A DNA stretch of 64,000 bases from an uncultured Candidatus Binatia bacterium (GTDB lineage Bacteria; Desulfobacterota; Binatia; UBA9968; JAJDTQ01): contig OZ243916.1 of NCBI GenBank assembly GCA_965213675.1, forward strand, positions 3,872,001-3,936,000, given 5' to 3'. Made by a program: the position numbers and the translations under genes. The notes under the pieces were generated by a model that saw only the letters and a list, made by a program, of their open reading frames with translations, did no database searches and was not told the origin of the DNA. Shown here in pieces: positions 51,102-61,835 of this stretch; position 1 is the first letter of the stretch; the number at the start of each line of letters is the position of its first letter.

Positions 51102-53168
51102 ATGAATGACGCGACGCTGGACGAATTGTGCATCAACACCATCCGGACCTTGTCCATCGACGGGGTTCAGCAGGCCAACTCCGGCCATCCGGGCACACCC
51201 ATGGCGATGGCGCCGGTGGCCTACTGCCTGTGGCAGCGCTTTCTGCGCTTCGATCCCGACGATCCCATCTGGCCCAACCGGGACCGCTTTGTGCTGTCGG
51301 CCGGGCACGCTTCCATGCTGCTCTATTCGCTGCTGCATCTCACCGGTGTCAAGGCGGTGGGCAAGGACTACGAGACCGACAGCCAACTATCGGTGCCGCT
51401 GGAGGCGCTGAAGCAGTTCCGGCAACTGGACAGCCGCTGCCCGGGCCACCCGGAATACCGCTGGACCTCGGGAGTGGAGACCACCACCGGCCCCTTGGGA
51501 CAGGGGGTGGCGACGAGCGTGGGCATGGCCATCGCCGGGCGCTGGATGGCCGCCCGCTACAATCAGCGCGGCTTCGAGGACCTCATCGACTTCGACGTGT
51601 ATGCCCTGTGCGGCGACGGCTGCATGATGGAGGGCGTCAGCGGCGAGGCAGCGTCCCTGGCCGCGCACCTGAAGCTCTCCAAGCTGTGCTGGATCTACGA
51701 CAACAACCGCATCACCATCGAGGGCCACACCGCCCTGGCCTTCTCCGATGACGTGGCCACGCGCTTTCTGGGCTTGGGCTGGAACGTGGTCCGGGTGGGT
51801 GACGCCAACGACCTGGAGATGCTGGAGCGTGCGTTCCGCGCGTTTCACCACACCACGGACCGGCCCACCCTGATGATCGTGGACAGCCACATCGGCTACG
51901 GCTCGCCCAACAAACAGGACACCAGCGGCGCCCACGGCGAGCCCCTGGGGGCGGACGAGGTGAAGCTCACCAAGAGGCGCTACGGTTGGCCCGAGGATGC
52001 GCTGTTTCATGTTCCCGAGGGAGTCCGCGAGCACTTTCAGGCGGGTATGGGAGAGCGCGGCAAGACCCTGCGGGACGCATGGTTCGCGCGCATCGAATCC
52101 TACCGGACGCGGTATCCCGAGCATGCCCGCGAACTCTACCGGATGCAGCACCGCCAGCTTCCCAACGGCTGGGACCGGGACCTGCCGGAGTTCCCCGCGG
52201 ACCCCAAGGGCCTGGCGGGCCGCGACGCCTCCGGCCAGGTGCTGAACGCGCTGGCGCGGAACGTGCCGTGGCTCCTGGGCGGCGCCGCGGACCTGGCGCC
52301 GTCCACCAAGACGCGCCTCACTTTCGACGAAGCCGGCGACTTTTCGGCCGAAAACCCCGCCGGGCGCAACCTCCATTTCGGCGTCCGGGAGCACGCCATG
52401 GCTTCGGTCATGAACGGCATGGCGCTGGTCAAGGTGCGCGCCTTCGGCGCGGGCTTCCTCATCTTCAGCGACTACGCCCGCGGCGCCATGCGGCTGAGCG
52501 CGCTCATGGAACTGCCGGTGGTCCACGTCTTCACCCACGATTCCATCGGAGTGGGGGAGGACGGACCCACGCACCAGCCGGTGGAGCATCTGGCCTCGCT
52601 GCGGGCCGTTCCGGGCCTGATGGTGCTGCGCCCGGCCGACGCCAACGAGGTCACCGAGGCGTGGAAGGTCATCATGAAGCTGCACCACGAGCCCGCGGTG
52701 CTGGTCCTCACGCGGCAGGCGCTGCCGACCCTGAACCGCACCCGCTACGGCTCGGCCGACGGCGTGGCCCGGGGCGCCTACGTGCTTGCGGACGCCCCCG
52801 GCGGGAAGCCCGAGGTGCTCCTGCTGGCCACCGGCAGCGAGGTATCCCTGTGCGTGGATGCCTACGAGACCTTGACGGCGGAAGGCGTCAAGGCGCGGGT
52901 GGTGAGCATGCCGTGTTGGGAGTTGTTCGACGACCAGGACGCGGACTACCGCGACAGCGTGATCCCGCCGGAGGTCACGGCGCGGGTGTCGGTGGAGCAG
53001 GCGTCGGTGTTCGGCTGGAGCAAGTACACCGGCCTCACCGGCCACCAGATCGGCATGCGCTCCTTTGGCGCGTCAGCGCCCCTCAAGGACCTGCAGGAAA
53101 AGTTCGGCTTCACCGCGGCCGACATCGTCGCAGCGGCCAGGGAGCAGCTCGCACGGAGGAGAACATGA
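51102..53168 (+). CDS. tkt: Transketolase
   Basis: [24 protein letters not shown] and [16 protein letters not shown] motifs. Confidence 0.97.
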   Translation: MNDATLDELCINTIRTLSIDGVQQANSGHPGTPMAMAPVAYCLWQRFLRFDPDDPIWPNRDRFVLSAGHASMLLYSLLHLTGVKAVGKDYETDSQLSVPLEALKQFRQLDSRCPGHPEYRWTSGVETTTGPLGQGVATSVGMAIAGRWMAARYNQRGFEDLIDFDVYALCGDGCMMEGVSGEAASLAAHLKLSKLCWIYDNNRITIEGHTALAFSDDVATRFLGLGWNVVRVGDANDLEMLERAFRAFHHTTDRPTLMIVDSHIGYGSPNKQDTSGAHGEPLGADEVKLTKRRYGWPEDALFHVPEGVREHFQAGMGERGKTLRDAWFARIESYRTRYPEHARELYRMQHRQLPNGWDRDLPEFPADPKGLAGRDASGQVLNALARNVPWLLGGAADLAPSTKTRLTFDEAGDFSAENPAGRNLHFGVREHAMASVMNGMALVKVRAFGAGFLIFSDYARGAMRLSALMELPVVHVFTHDSIGVGEDGPTHQPVEHLASLRAVPGLMVLRPADANEVTEAWKVIMKLHHEPAVLVLTRQALPTLNRTRYGSADGVARGAYVLADAPGGKPEVLLLATGSEVSLCVDAYETLTAEGVKARVVSMPCWELFDDQDADYRDSVIPPEVTARVSVEQASVFGWSKYTGLTGHQIGMRSFGASAPLKDLQEKFGFTAADIVAAAREQLARRRT

Positions 53169-54307
53169 ACCCCTTGAAGACACTGAACGAACACGGCCAG
53201 TCCGTCTGGCTGGACTTCATCCAGCGGAAGCTGCTCACCGGCGGCGCGTTGCGGCGTCTGGTGGACGAGGACGGCCTCACGGGGGTGACGTCCAATCCGG
53301 CCATCTTCGAGAAAGCGGTGGCGGACAGCGACGACTACGACGATCTCCTCGCGCGCAGCGTAGACGGGCCGGCGGACCCCAAGGCGGTCTACGAGGCCAT
53401 CGCCACCCGCGACATCCAGGAAGCGGCGGACGTCCTGCGGACCGTGTACGACGAGACCGACGGCCGCGACGGCTACGTCAGCCTGGAGGTGTCGCCCTAC
53501 CTCGCCCACGACACCGAGGGAACCGTGGCCGAGGCCCGGTGGCTGTGGAACACGGTGGCGCGGGACAACCTGATGATCAAGGTGCCGGGCACGCCCGCGG
53601 GAGTGCCGGCCATCGAGCGCCTGATCGGCGAAGGCATCAGCGTCAACGTGACCCTGCTGTTCGCCCGGGAGGCCTACGAGCAGGTGGCGCAGGCCTACAT
53701 CCGCGGGCTGGCCCAGGCCGCCGCCGGCGGGCGCGACGTGGCGCGCATCGCCAGCGTCGCGAGTTTCTTCATCTCGCGCATCGACACTTTGGTGGACGAC
53801 ACCCTCGCGAAGCGCATGGAGACCGCCGCCGAAGGGGAGAAGGAACGTTTGCGCGCCCTCATGGGCCAGGTCGCCATCGCCAACGCCAAGGTGACGTACA
53901 AGCGCTACAAGGAGATCCTCCAGGGCGAGGGCTGGCAGGCGCTGGCGGGCAGGGGCGCGCGGCCCCAACGGCTCCTGTGGGCCAGCACCAGCACCAAGAA
54001 CCCGGACTATCCCGACGTGCGGTACGTCGAGGAGCTCATCGGCGCGGACACGGTCAACACCATTCCGCCCGCCACGCTGGACGCGTTCCGGGATCACGGC
54101 AAGGCGCGGAACAGCCTGGAGGAGGATGTCGAGGCCGCGGCAGGGACGATGGCGGCCCTCGAGGCCGCGGGTGTGTCCATGAAGGAGGTGACGGACAAGC
54201 TCCTGGAAGACGGCGTGCGACTATTCTCCGACGCCTTCGACAAACTGCTCGCGGCGGTGGAGGCGGAATGCCGCAAGGCGGCGGACCGCGGCGGCGCGTC
54301 GTCCTGA
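53165..54307 (+). CDS. tal: Transaldolase (long type)
   Basis: [21 protein letters not shown] and LWASTSTK motifs. Confidence 0.95.
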   Translation: MNPLKTLNEHGQSVWLDFIQRKLLTGGALRRLVDEDGLTGVTSNPAIFEKAVADSDDYDDLLARSVDGPADPKAVYEAIATRDIQEAADVLRTVYDETDGRDGYVSLEVSPYLAHDTEGTVAEARWLWNTVARDNLMIKVPGTPAGVPAIERLIGEGISVNVTLLFAREAYEQVAQAYIRGLAQAAAGGRDVARIASVASFFISRIDTLVDDTLAKRMETAAEGEKERLRALMGQVAIANAKVTYKRYKEILQGEGWQALAGRGARPQRLLWASTSTKNPDYPDVRYVEELIGADTVNTIPPATLDAFRDHGKARNSLEEDVEAAAGTMAALEAAGVSMKEVTDKLLEDGVRLFSDAFDKLLAAVEAECRKAADRGGASS

Positions 54308-54339
54308 ATGATCGGGGAGAGAACACGACCGGACCCCGC

Positions 54340-55011
54340 ATGAGCGCAATCGAGATACTCCCATCCATCCTCTCCGCGGACTTCCGAATCCTCGGACAAC
54401 AGATCGCCGACGTGGAGGAGGCCGGCGCCGACGGCATTCACGTGGACGTGATGGACGGCCGCTTCGTGCCCAATATCACCATCGGCCCGCTCATCGTCGA
54501 GGCGGCGCGGCGCAGCACCGGGTTGCCCCTGGACGTGCACTTGATGATCGTCGAGCCGGAACGCTACCTGGAAGACTTTGCCAAGGCCGGCGCCGACACC
54601 CTGTTGGTGCATCAGGAGGCCTGCGCGCATCTGCACCGCACCGTGCAGCAGATCAAGTCCCTGGGCAAGAAGGCCGGCGTGGTGCTCAACCCGGCCACGC
54701 CGCTGGCCACCCTGGACGAGATCCTGCCGGAACTGGATCAGATCCTCCTCATGAGCGTGAACCCGGGTTTTGGCGGCCAAAGCTTCATCGAGAGCAGCGT
54801 GGACAAGCTGCACCGCCTCCGGCGCATGCTCGACGAGCGCGGCCTGGATCCCGCGGTGGAGATCGACGGCGGCATCGGCCCGGACAACGCCGCGCGGGTC
54901 GTGGCCGGGGGCGCGCGGCTGCTGGTGGCGGGCTCCTCCGTCTACAAGGCGCCGGGGGGCGCCGCCCAAGGGGTCAGGCGCCTTCGGGCCAGCGTGCCTG
55001 CGGGGCGGTAG
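54340..55011 (+). CDS. rpe: Ribulose-phosphate 3-epimerase
   Basis: [19 protein letters not shown] and [10 protein letters not shown] motifs. Confidence 0.97.
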   Translation: MSAIEILPSILSADFRILGQQIADVEEAGADGIHVDVMDGRFVPNITIGPLIVEAARRSTGLPLDVHLMIVEPERYLEDFAKAGADTLLVHQEACAHLHRTVQQIKSLGKKAGVVLNPATPLATLDEILPELDQILLMSVNPGFGGQSFIESSVDKLHRLRRMLDERGLDPAVEIDGGIGPDNAARVVAGGARLLVAGSSVYKAPGGAAQGVRRLRASVPAGR

Positions 55012-55081
55012 CCGCGTCCGGTGAGAGGCCGCCGGGGGTGCGCGCCGCCGCGGGCTCGCCGGCATGGCGGTGCGGAAAGAA

Positions 55082-55116
55082 AAAACGGGAAAGCCCCATG
55101 GGGGCCTTCCCGTTTT
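55082..55116. terminator. Bidirectional intrinsic terminator
   Basis: AAAACGGGAAAGCCCC-ATG-GGGGCCTTCCCGTTTT between convergent genes. Confidence 0.75.
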
Positions 55117-55187
55117 CTGAACCGTTTGCCGCGATGTGCCTGCCTGCGGCGGCGCTCTGCGGCTCGCTGAAGCTCCCAGGATGCCGC

Positions 55188-56111
55188 CTACAGAGCGTGG
55201 CCGCTTTCCTGGACCTCCGGATTCACCAACTCCACGGCCGGCTTGTCCTCGTCGAGCAAACCCCAGCTCTTGATCCAGGCCGCCGTCCGCTCCAGTTCGT
55301 CGGCGGGAATCGGCGCCGGATCCACCACCACGAGGCGGCTCTCGCGCAGGTCGTCGACGGTCAGGGCGGCGATCTCGGGATCGTCCTTGTGGTAGTCGAT
55401 GAAGTACTGCAGGTACTTTCTCTTGTCGGCGTTGACCCGGCGCACGGCCTCGCACACGGCGCGGTTGAACATTGCGTAGGTCTCGGCGTCCACGGTGTCC
55501 GCCGCGACCTCGGTGCCGTGGAGCGAAGCGGCCGCCACGATGCGGCAACCCTTCTTCTCCGCCAGCGTCAGGTACGGCTCGGTGAGCGTCGTGGCCTCGA
55601 TCTCGCCCTTCATCACCGACTCCAGACGGAAGCGCGAGCCGCGCGGCGCCTGACAGAGCTTGATCTCGTCGCGGGTGAGGAAGCCCTCGAGCATGTGCAG
55701 GGCCAGATAGTGGGTGCCGAAATAGAACGGCACGCCCACCAGCCGGTTGGCGAGCTGCTGGGCGGTCTGCACCGGCGAGTCGGGCCGGACCACGAGCCCT
55801 GAGTACGCGATGATGGAGCGGCGGCCGATCTGCCGGCCACTGTCGACGGCCGAATCCTGCACCCGGCAGTAGTTGCCCCATTCACACGCATTGTACATGT
55901 CGGCCTTGCCCTCTTCGAAGAGCATGCCGTGGCTCGCGTGGGGGTTGGCGTCCTTGGGATTGGTGAGGTCGGTGTGGGTCTGAATGTCGCCGGTGCCTCT
56001 GTCGGCGAACTCGACCTGAATGCCTTCCTTCTCGAACAGCCCTTCGTTGTAGGCCACCAGCTCACACAGCCCTTGAAACGGCGCGGTGCTTTCCAGAACC
56101 AACTTCTTCAT
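55188..56111 (-). CDS. NMT1/SsuA-like substrate-binding-fold protein without a signal peptide
   Basis: VAYNEGLFEKEGIQVEF, LVVRPDSPVQT.QQL and EPY.TLAE motifs. Confidence 0.7.
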   Translation of the reverse strand: MKKLVLESTAPFQGLCELVAYNEGLFEKEGIQVEFADRGTGDIQTHTDLTNPKDANPHASHGMLFEEGKADMYNACEWGNYCRVQDSAVDSGRQIGRRSIIAYSGLVVRPDSPVQTAQQLANRLVGVPFYFGTHYLALHMLEGFLTRDEIKLCQAPRGSRFRLESVMKGEIEATTLTEPYLTLAEKKGCRIVAAASLHGTEVAADTVDAETYAMFNRAVCEAVRRVNADKRKYLQYFIDYHKDDPEIAALTVDDLRESRLVVVDPAPIPADELERTAAWIKSWGLLDEDKPAVELVNPEVQESGHAL

Positions 56112-56356
56112 CGTGTGGTCTCCTTTAGACGTGGATTACTTGGGAAGTCTGCGAGAGTCTCCCCGGGTTGGTTTTCCCATGGGAGAATCTCCAAGGCTCA
56201 CGCTAGCTCAAAGCAGGTTGAATGACGCATTACCACATCCCCCGACCGGATCGCAACAAGGCGCGCCGACTCTCGAAGAGTCGCGCGGGAAGGGGAATGT
56301 CAAGAATATCACGAGTTGCCTCCCAACCTCCATCATGCCACATTCGCTGCTGCGCC

Positions 56357-57685
56357 ATGCCACAGTCTCCCTCACCACCGGTGGACCCGCGGTCCGGGAC
56401 CGGGCCGCCGCCGTCCACCGCGGGTGCGGACGGATCGCACAAACACGTCGCCCAGTCCACCGTTTCCTTCGCGGCATTGCGCCACCGTCACTTCCGCGCC
56501 TACTTCTGCTTCACCATGTTGTCCATGATGGCGGACAACATCGAGCACGTCATCAGTTACTGGGTCATATTCGAGTTGTTCCAGTGGCCGGAGCTGCAGG
56601 GGTTTGCCGTCATCAGCCACTGGTCGCCCTTCCTGCTGTTGTCTTGGTACGTGGGCCTTCTGTCGGACCGGTTCGATTGCCGGCGCGTGATTCAGTGGGC
56701 CATGGTGCTGTACTTCGTGCTGACCATCGCCTGGGCGTGGTTCATCTTCACGGGTACGCTCACGGTCTGGCACGCATGCGCACTGCTGGTGGTGCACGGC
56801 GTTGCCGGCGTGTTGTGGAGCCCCGGAAGTCAGCTCATCCTGCACGACATGGTGGGGCCGGAGTACCTGCAGAGCGCGGTTCGCCTCAACGCCACCGGCC
56901 GGCAGTTGGGGATCCTCGCGGGTCCGGCCGTGGGCGGCTGGATGATGCGGACGCTGGGCTATTCGGCGGGTCTGGTGGTGAATGCGATGTTCTACATCCC
57001 CTTGACCCTGTGGCTCTTCACGGTGCCGTACACGGGTCACGGGCAGCACACGCGGGCGGTCCGGGCGCGGCGCGCCACCTGGGCGCGCTCCCTGGAGGCA
57101 TTGAGAGAGGCGCGCACCAACCCGGTCATCGTGTCCATGGTGTGCCTCGTGGGGCTTTCCTCGCTGATCGTGGGCAACGCCTTCCAGGCGCAGATGCCCG
57201 GTTTCGCCGTCAGCCTGGGGCAGGGCGAGGCGGGCTACAGTGTGCTGCTGGCCGCCAACGGCGCCGGCGCCTTCGCGAGCGGCGTGCTGCTGGAGAGCGG
57301 CGGGTTCCTGAAGGCGCGGGCGCGCACGGCGGTGGTTCTGGCCATCCTGTGGTGCACGGCCCTGGGCATCTTCGCGTTCACGCCCTACTTCTACATGGCC
57401 GTGGCGCTGCTCTTCGCCGCCGGTTTCCTGAACCTCGCCTTCCTTACCATGTCGCAAACGCTCGTTCAGCTCATCTCGCCGGCGCACCTGCGCGGTCAGT
57501 TGATCGGCCTGTTCATCATGTCCGGCCTCGGGCTGCGCACCTTCAGCGGCATCACCGTGGGCATCATGGGCGGCGTTGTGGGGATTCAGTGGTCCCTGGG
57601 GCTGAGCTGCACCGTCCTGCTGGTGGTCATGCTCTTCCTGCTGGTGGTCACCGCTCGCGTCCGGGATGACAAAGCCATGGCCTGA
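56357..57685 (+). CDS. MFS transporter (DHA3/EntS-like)
   Basis: FAALRHRHFR, GLLSDRFDCRR, QSAVRLN and LRGQLIG motifs. Start codon uncertain. Confidence 0.88.
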   Translation: MPQSPSPPVDPRSGTGPPPSTAGADGSHKHVAQSTVSFAALRHRHFRAYFCFTMLSMMADNIEHVISYWVIFELFQWPELQGFAVISHWSPFLLLSWYVGLLSDRFDCRRVIQWAMVLYFVLTIAWAWFIFTGTLTVWHACALLVVHGVAGVLWSPGSQLILHDMVGPEYLQSAVRLNATGRQLGILAGPAVGGWMMRTLGYSAGLVVNAMFYIPLTLWLFTVPYTGHGQHTRAVRARRATWARSLEALREARTNPVIVSMVCLVGLSSLIVGNAFQAQMPGFAVSLGQGEAGYSVLLAANGAGAFASGVLLESGGFLKARARTAVVLAILWCTALGIFAFTPYFYMAVALLFAAGFLNLAFLTMSQTLVQLISPAHLRGQLIGLFIMSGLGLRTFSGITVGIMGGVVGIQWSLGLSCTVLLVVMLFLLVVTARVRDDKAMA

Positions 57686-57793
57686 ACCGCGCCGGCCCTC
57701 TCTTCGCCGACATGCATGATGCCCGGCGGCGGGGCTGCCCGGCCGCGTCACGGCACGCTTGCGCTCGTGCCGCCGGCATGTCACACGAAACCC

Positions 57794-58294
57794 ATGCGTG
57801 CCGCGCACACCCCGTCCTCGAGGACACTGTATCTCGCGAATCCTTACGGCTTTTCCGGTCAGCAACGGCAAGGGCCGCTGGCGGCGCTGACCGCGGCGCT
57901 GGAGGGGCTCGGGGTGGAGGTGTGGGAGCCCTTCGCGCGCAACAACCAGGTGGACAGGGCTGAGGCTGGTTGGGCGTACCGCATCGGACAGGCCGACCTC
58001 CGGGACGTGCGCGAGGCGGACGGCTTGTTCGCGGTGGTCAACGGCTGTCCCCCTGACGAGGGCGTGATGGTGGAGCTGGGCATGGCCATCGCTTGGGAGA
58101 AACCGGTTTTCCTCTTTCGGGACGACTTCAGGCGCTGTACCGACAGCGAGGCGTATCCGTTGAACCTGATGATTTTCACCGGTCTTCCGCAATCCGGCTG
58201 GGAGGCTTGGTGGTACGCGTCCGTGGAGGAGATCGCGGACCCTGACAAGGCGCTGTCGCGGTGGGTGAAGGAAGGACTCCGGAACAGTTCTTGA
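57794..58294 (+). CDS. Nucleoside 2-deoxyribosyltransferase family protein
   Basis: LYLANPYGF, DLRDVREAD and PPDEGVMVELGMA motifs. Confidence 0.85.
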   Translation: MRAAHTPSSRTLYLANPYGFSGQQRQGPLAALTAALEGLGVEVWEPFARNNQVDRAEAGWAYRIGQADLRDVREADGLFAVVNGCPPDEGVMVELGMAIAWEKPVFLFRDDFRRCTDSEAYPLNLMIFTGLPQSGWEAWWYASVEEIADPDKALSRWVKEGLRNSS

Positions 58295-58374
58295 CACGAT
58301 ATTGTTTGATCTATTACCCTTTCACAGTCGCAATCAGCGAATCCTGACCGTATAGACCACGTACGACGTTCAAA

Positions 58375-58824
58375 ATGACTGTCATGGAGACAGCGATCCC
58401 ACAGCTTTCCATCGACCTCGAACCCGAGCTCTCATCGGCGCTGAACGATCTGGCCGAGGCGGTGGCTCGTTTCGGCGCGGCCAACGGACTTTCCGAGCCA
58501 CAGATTCACAACCTGAGCCTCGCCCTGGACGAACTGGCGACGAACACGATCTCGTACGGGTTCGTGGATACGGAGCGAAGGGAGCTCCGGGTGGAGTTGC
58601 GCATCGAGGCCGACGAGGTGGTAGCCCAACTGGACGACAGCGGCATCGCCTTCAACCCCTTCGAGGAGGTCGCCGAGCCCGATCTCCATGCCTCCATCGA
58701 CGACCGTCCCATTGGCGGCCTGGGGGTCTTCCTCACCAAGACCCTTTTCCCGAATCCCGACTACCAACGCATTGACGGACTCAACCGAATCACTCTACGC
58801 GCCTCTTTGAAAGGAGACAGTTGA
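58375..58824 (+). CDS. RsbW-like anti-sigma factor/Ser kinase (HATPase)
   Basis: LALDELATN, DSGIAFNP and RPIGGLG motifs. Confidence 0.9.
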   Translation: MTVMETAIPQLSIDLEPELSSALNDLAEAVARFGAANGLSEPQIHNLSLALDELATNTISYGFVDTERRELRVELRIEADEVVAQLDDSGIAFNPFEEVAEPDLHASIDDRPIGGLGVFLTKTLFPNPDYQRIDGLNRITLRASLKGDS

Positions 58825-59174
58825 TGGCAACCGGAAGCGTTTTGGACCTGACCACGGAGACCGAGGGCGATATCACTGTGATCATTCCCTCGGGCCGCAT
58901 CGATGGCAGCACGGCCAGCCCTTTCCAGGAGTCCATGCTGCAGCTCATCGAAGAAGGCAAGGGATCGCTCGTGGTGGACTTCGAGAATATTGAATACATC
59001 AGCAGCGCCGGGCTCCGGGTGCTTCTCCTGGCAGCGAAGCAGTTACAGGCGGGTGGTCGCAAGATCTTTCTTTGCACCATGCGGGCCCACATTGCGGAGG
59101 TCTTCAAGATCAGCGGTTTCAGCGAGATCCTCGCCATACACCCCACGCGACAGGACGCAATCAATGCCGGATAA
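58824..59174 (+). CDS. RsbV-like anti-anti-sigma factor (STAS)
   Basis: GRIDGSTA and YISSAGLRVLL motifs. Confidence 0.92.
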   Translation: MATGSVLDLTTETEGDITVIIPSGRIDGSTASPFQESMLQLIEEGKGSLVVDFENIEYISSAGLRVLLLAAKQLQAGGRKIFLCTMRAHIAEVFKISGFSEILAIHPTRQDAINAG

Positions 59175-60372
59175 CCTCGACGACGCGGTCTCCCAAGCCT
59201 TGTCCGAAGGCTCGGAAGGACCCGTCAAGATCCTCGTCGTGGATGACGAAGTGGATCTCGAGACCTTGATGTTGCAGAAGTTTCGCCGGCGCATCCGTCG
59301 GAACGAGTTGGCGTTCGAGTTTGCGCACAACGGCAAGGAAGCCATCGAAAGGCTCGACGCCGACGAAGAGATCTCGATGGTCATCTCGGACATCAACATG
59401 CCGGTCATGGACGGACTCGCGCTTCTCAAGCAACTCAACGAGACCAAGCCCAATGTTCGCTCCGTGATCGTGTCGGCCTACGGCGACATGAACAACATCC
59501 GTACCGCCATGAACCGCGGGGCCTTCGACTTCGTTACCAAGCCCATCGACTTCAACGATCTCGAGATCACCATCGACAAGACCCTCAAGCACCTGGCGCT
59601 GCTGCGCGAGGCCTTGAACAACCGGGACCAGTTGGTGGCCCTGAGCAAGGAACTCGACGTCGCCCGGGACATGCAGGCGTCGGTGTTACCGCGCAGCTTT
59701 CCTTCCACCGACCGCTACGAAACGCACGGACTCATGGTTCCCGCCAAGGAAGTCGGGGGCGACTTCTATGACTTCGTTCCCCTGGGCGACAACAGGATCG
59801 GCGTCGCCATCGGGGATGTGTCGGGCAAGGGCGTTCCCGCCGCGCTGTTCATGATGGCCTGTCGCACGCTGCTCCGAAGCCACGCGCTGGAGGGCGGACA
59901 ACCGGACGAGTGCCTGACCCACGTCAACAATCTGCTGGCCGAGGACAACAAGAGCTGCACGTTCGTCACCCTTTTCTACGGCGTCTTCGATTCCGGGAGC
60001 GGCGTCTTCAAATACTGCAACGGCGGCCACAATCCGCCGCGCCTCGTGCACAAGGGCGGGGAGGTGGTCGCGCTGCCCACTACAAGGGACCTGGCGCTGG
60101 GTGTGCTTGGCGGCCATGCGTTCAATCATGAAACGCTTCAGCTTGAGGCCGGCGACATGCTGTTCTTCTATACGGACGGCGTCACTGAAGCCGAGGGGCC
60201 CGGGTTCGAGGAGCTCGGCGAGAAACGGCTCGACTCGTTGCTGGCCACGCTTGATGCCGCCGCGTGCGACGATGTGACATCCCGGGTGCTCGACACGGTG
60301 CGCGAGTTCGCCGCCGGGAACCCGCAATCGGACGATATCACCTGTGTGGCGTTGCGCTATCTTCAGGGTTAG
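59164..60372 (+). CDS. Receiver domain + PP2C (SpoIIE/RsbU-type) phosphatase
   Basis: ILVVDDE, SDINMP and TKP receiver motifs; VGGDFYD, DVSGKG, YTDGV and SDDIT phosphatase motifs. Confidence 0.92.
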   Translation: MPDNLDDAVSQALSEGSEGPVKILVVDDEVDLETLMLQKFRRRIRRNELAFEFAHNGKEAIERLDADEEISMVISDINMPVMDGLALLKQLNETKPNVRSVIVSAYGDMNNIRTAMNRGAFDFVTKPIDFNDLEITIDKTLKHLALLREALNNRDQLVALSKELDVARDMQASVLPRSFPSTDRYETHGLMVPAKEVGGDFYDFVPLGDNRIGVAIGDVSGKGVPAALFMMACRTLLRSHALEGGQPDECLTHVNNLLAEDNKSCTFVTLFYGVFDSGSGVFKYCNGGHNPPRLVHKGGEVVALPTTRDLALGVLGGHAFNHETLQLEAGDMLFFYTDGVTEAEGPGFEELGEKRLDSLLATLDAAACDDVTSRVLDTVREFAAGNPQSDDITCVALRYLQG

Positions 60373-60433
60373 GCCGCGTTCTTCGACTTCGCTTCGCTAC
60401 GCTCAGGACGCCGTATTCCTGCGGCGCAAATTC

Positions 60434-60600
60434 CCAGGAGCCTGTCGGGTTTATCAAGAATCTACTGCGAGGCAGCGAAATGGGTCCATTTCCGGTTGGA
60501 TTTTCGTCCAATATTACCAATATTCTCCTCAAATCCGCCCGAAACTGGCCTCCATTTCTCTGCCTCTCGCTACGATTCGATAATCCCGACAGGCTCCTCG
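60434..60600. mobile_element. MITE family A, copy 2 (inverted relative to copy 1)
   Basis: Near-identical to the reverse complement of 218-384, with CCAG/CTCG flanks. Confidence 0.85.
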
Positions 60601-60638
60601 GGAGCCCGTCTCCTGGTTGACCGGACGGGACACAGGTC

Positions 60639-61835
60639 ATGGTTGTGGATTCTACAGGGTGGGCGCGATTCCTGGGGGCCTTGCTGCTGGCGGCCGTGGC
60701 CGGCGTGGCGCTCATGTCCACGGCGGCGCGCGCGGCCAGCACGGGCGTCTCCGCGGATGAGGTGGTGTTCGGGCAATCGTGCGCCCTGAGTGGTTCCGCC
60801 AAGGCCTTGGGAGAAGGGATGCGCCTGGGCATTACGGCCGCCTTCGAGGAGGCCAATCGCGCCGGCGGCATCCACGGACGGAAACTGCGTCTTGTAACCC
60901 TGGATGATCGCTACGAGCCCGAGGCGGCCATCGGCAATACGTTTGCGCTCATCGACGAGGAGCAGGTCTTCGCGTTGATCGGCGCAGTGGGCACTCCGAC
61001 GTCGAAGGCCGCGGAACCCATCGCCACCGAGGCCGGCATTCCCTACATTGGCGCCTTTACGGGCGCGGAATTCCTGCGCGACGCGCGCCAGCGTCCCACG
61101 GTGGTCAACGTACGCGCTTCCTATTATCAGGAGACGGAAGAGATGGTCGAGCGCCTCACCCGCGACCTGGGGGTGAAGCGCATCGGCATCTTGTACCAGG
61201 ACGATTCCTACGGGCGCGCCGGGCTCTCGGGTACGCTTCAGGCACTCCGGCGGCGCGGCATGCGACTGGTATCCGAAGCCACCTACCCGCGCAACACGCG
61301 GGCGGTCAAGACCGCCGTGCTGGACCTGCGCGCGGACCGGCCCGAGGCCGTCATCATCGTGGGCGCCTACGAGCCTGTGGCGGAGTTCATCAAGTGGGCG
61401 CGCCACCTGGAGTTCACTCCCCTCTTCGTGAACATTTCCTTCGTCGGCAGTTCGGCGCTGGCCAGTGCGCTGGGTCCCTCGGGCAAGGACGTGATCGTGA
61501 CCCAGGTCGTGCCTTTCCCCCACGACCAGGAGATTCCGGTGGTCGGACAGTATCATGAAGCGTTGCGCGCGGTGGCGGCCGAAGCAGTGCCCGGCTTCGT
61601 GTCCCTGGAGGGGTACCTGACAGGAAGGGTGACGGTGGAGGCCTTGCGCCGGGCCGGAAAGGATCTCACCCGGACGGGATTCATTGACGCCCTGCAAGGG
61701 GCCGGCTCCATCGATCTCGAGGGCTTCGCGCTGTTTTACGGTGAAGCCGACAATCAAGGGTCTGATCAGGTGTACCTGACCGTGATCGACGACGGCGCGC
61801 GCTTTCGCTCGATCCAGCGTTTGGAGCGACCGTGA
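60639..61835 (+). CDS. LivJ-like periplasmic binding protein
   Basis: Signal peptide, GGIHGRKL.LVTLDDRYEP and VRASY..E motifs. Confidence 0.88.
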   Translation: MVVDSTGWARFLGALLLAAVAGVALMSTAARAASTGVSADEVVFGQSCALSGSAKALGEGMRLGITAAFEEANRAGGIHGRKLRLVTLDDRYEPEAAIGNTFALIDEEQVFALIGAVGTPTSKAAEPIATEAGIPYIGAFTGAEFLRDARQRPTVVNVRASYYQETEEMVERLTRDLGVKRIGILYQDDSYGRAGLSGTLQALRRRGMRLVSEATYPRNTRAVKTAVLDLRADRPEAVIIVGAYEPVAEFIKWARHLEFTPLFVNISFVGSSALASALGPSGKDVIVTQVVPFPHDQEIPVVGQYHEALRAVAAEAVPGFVSLEGYLTGRVTVEALRRAGKDLTRTGFIDALQGAGSIDLEGFALFYGEADNQGSDQVYLTVIDDGARFRSIQRLERP

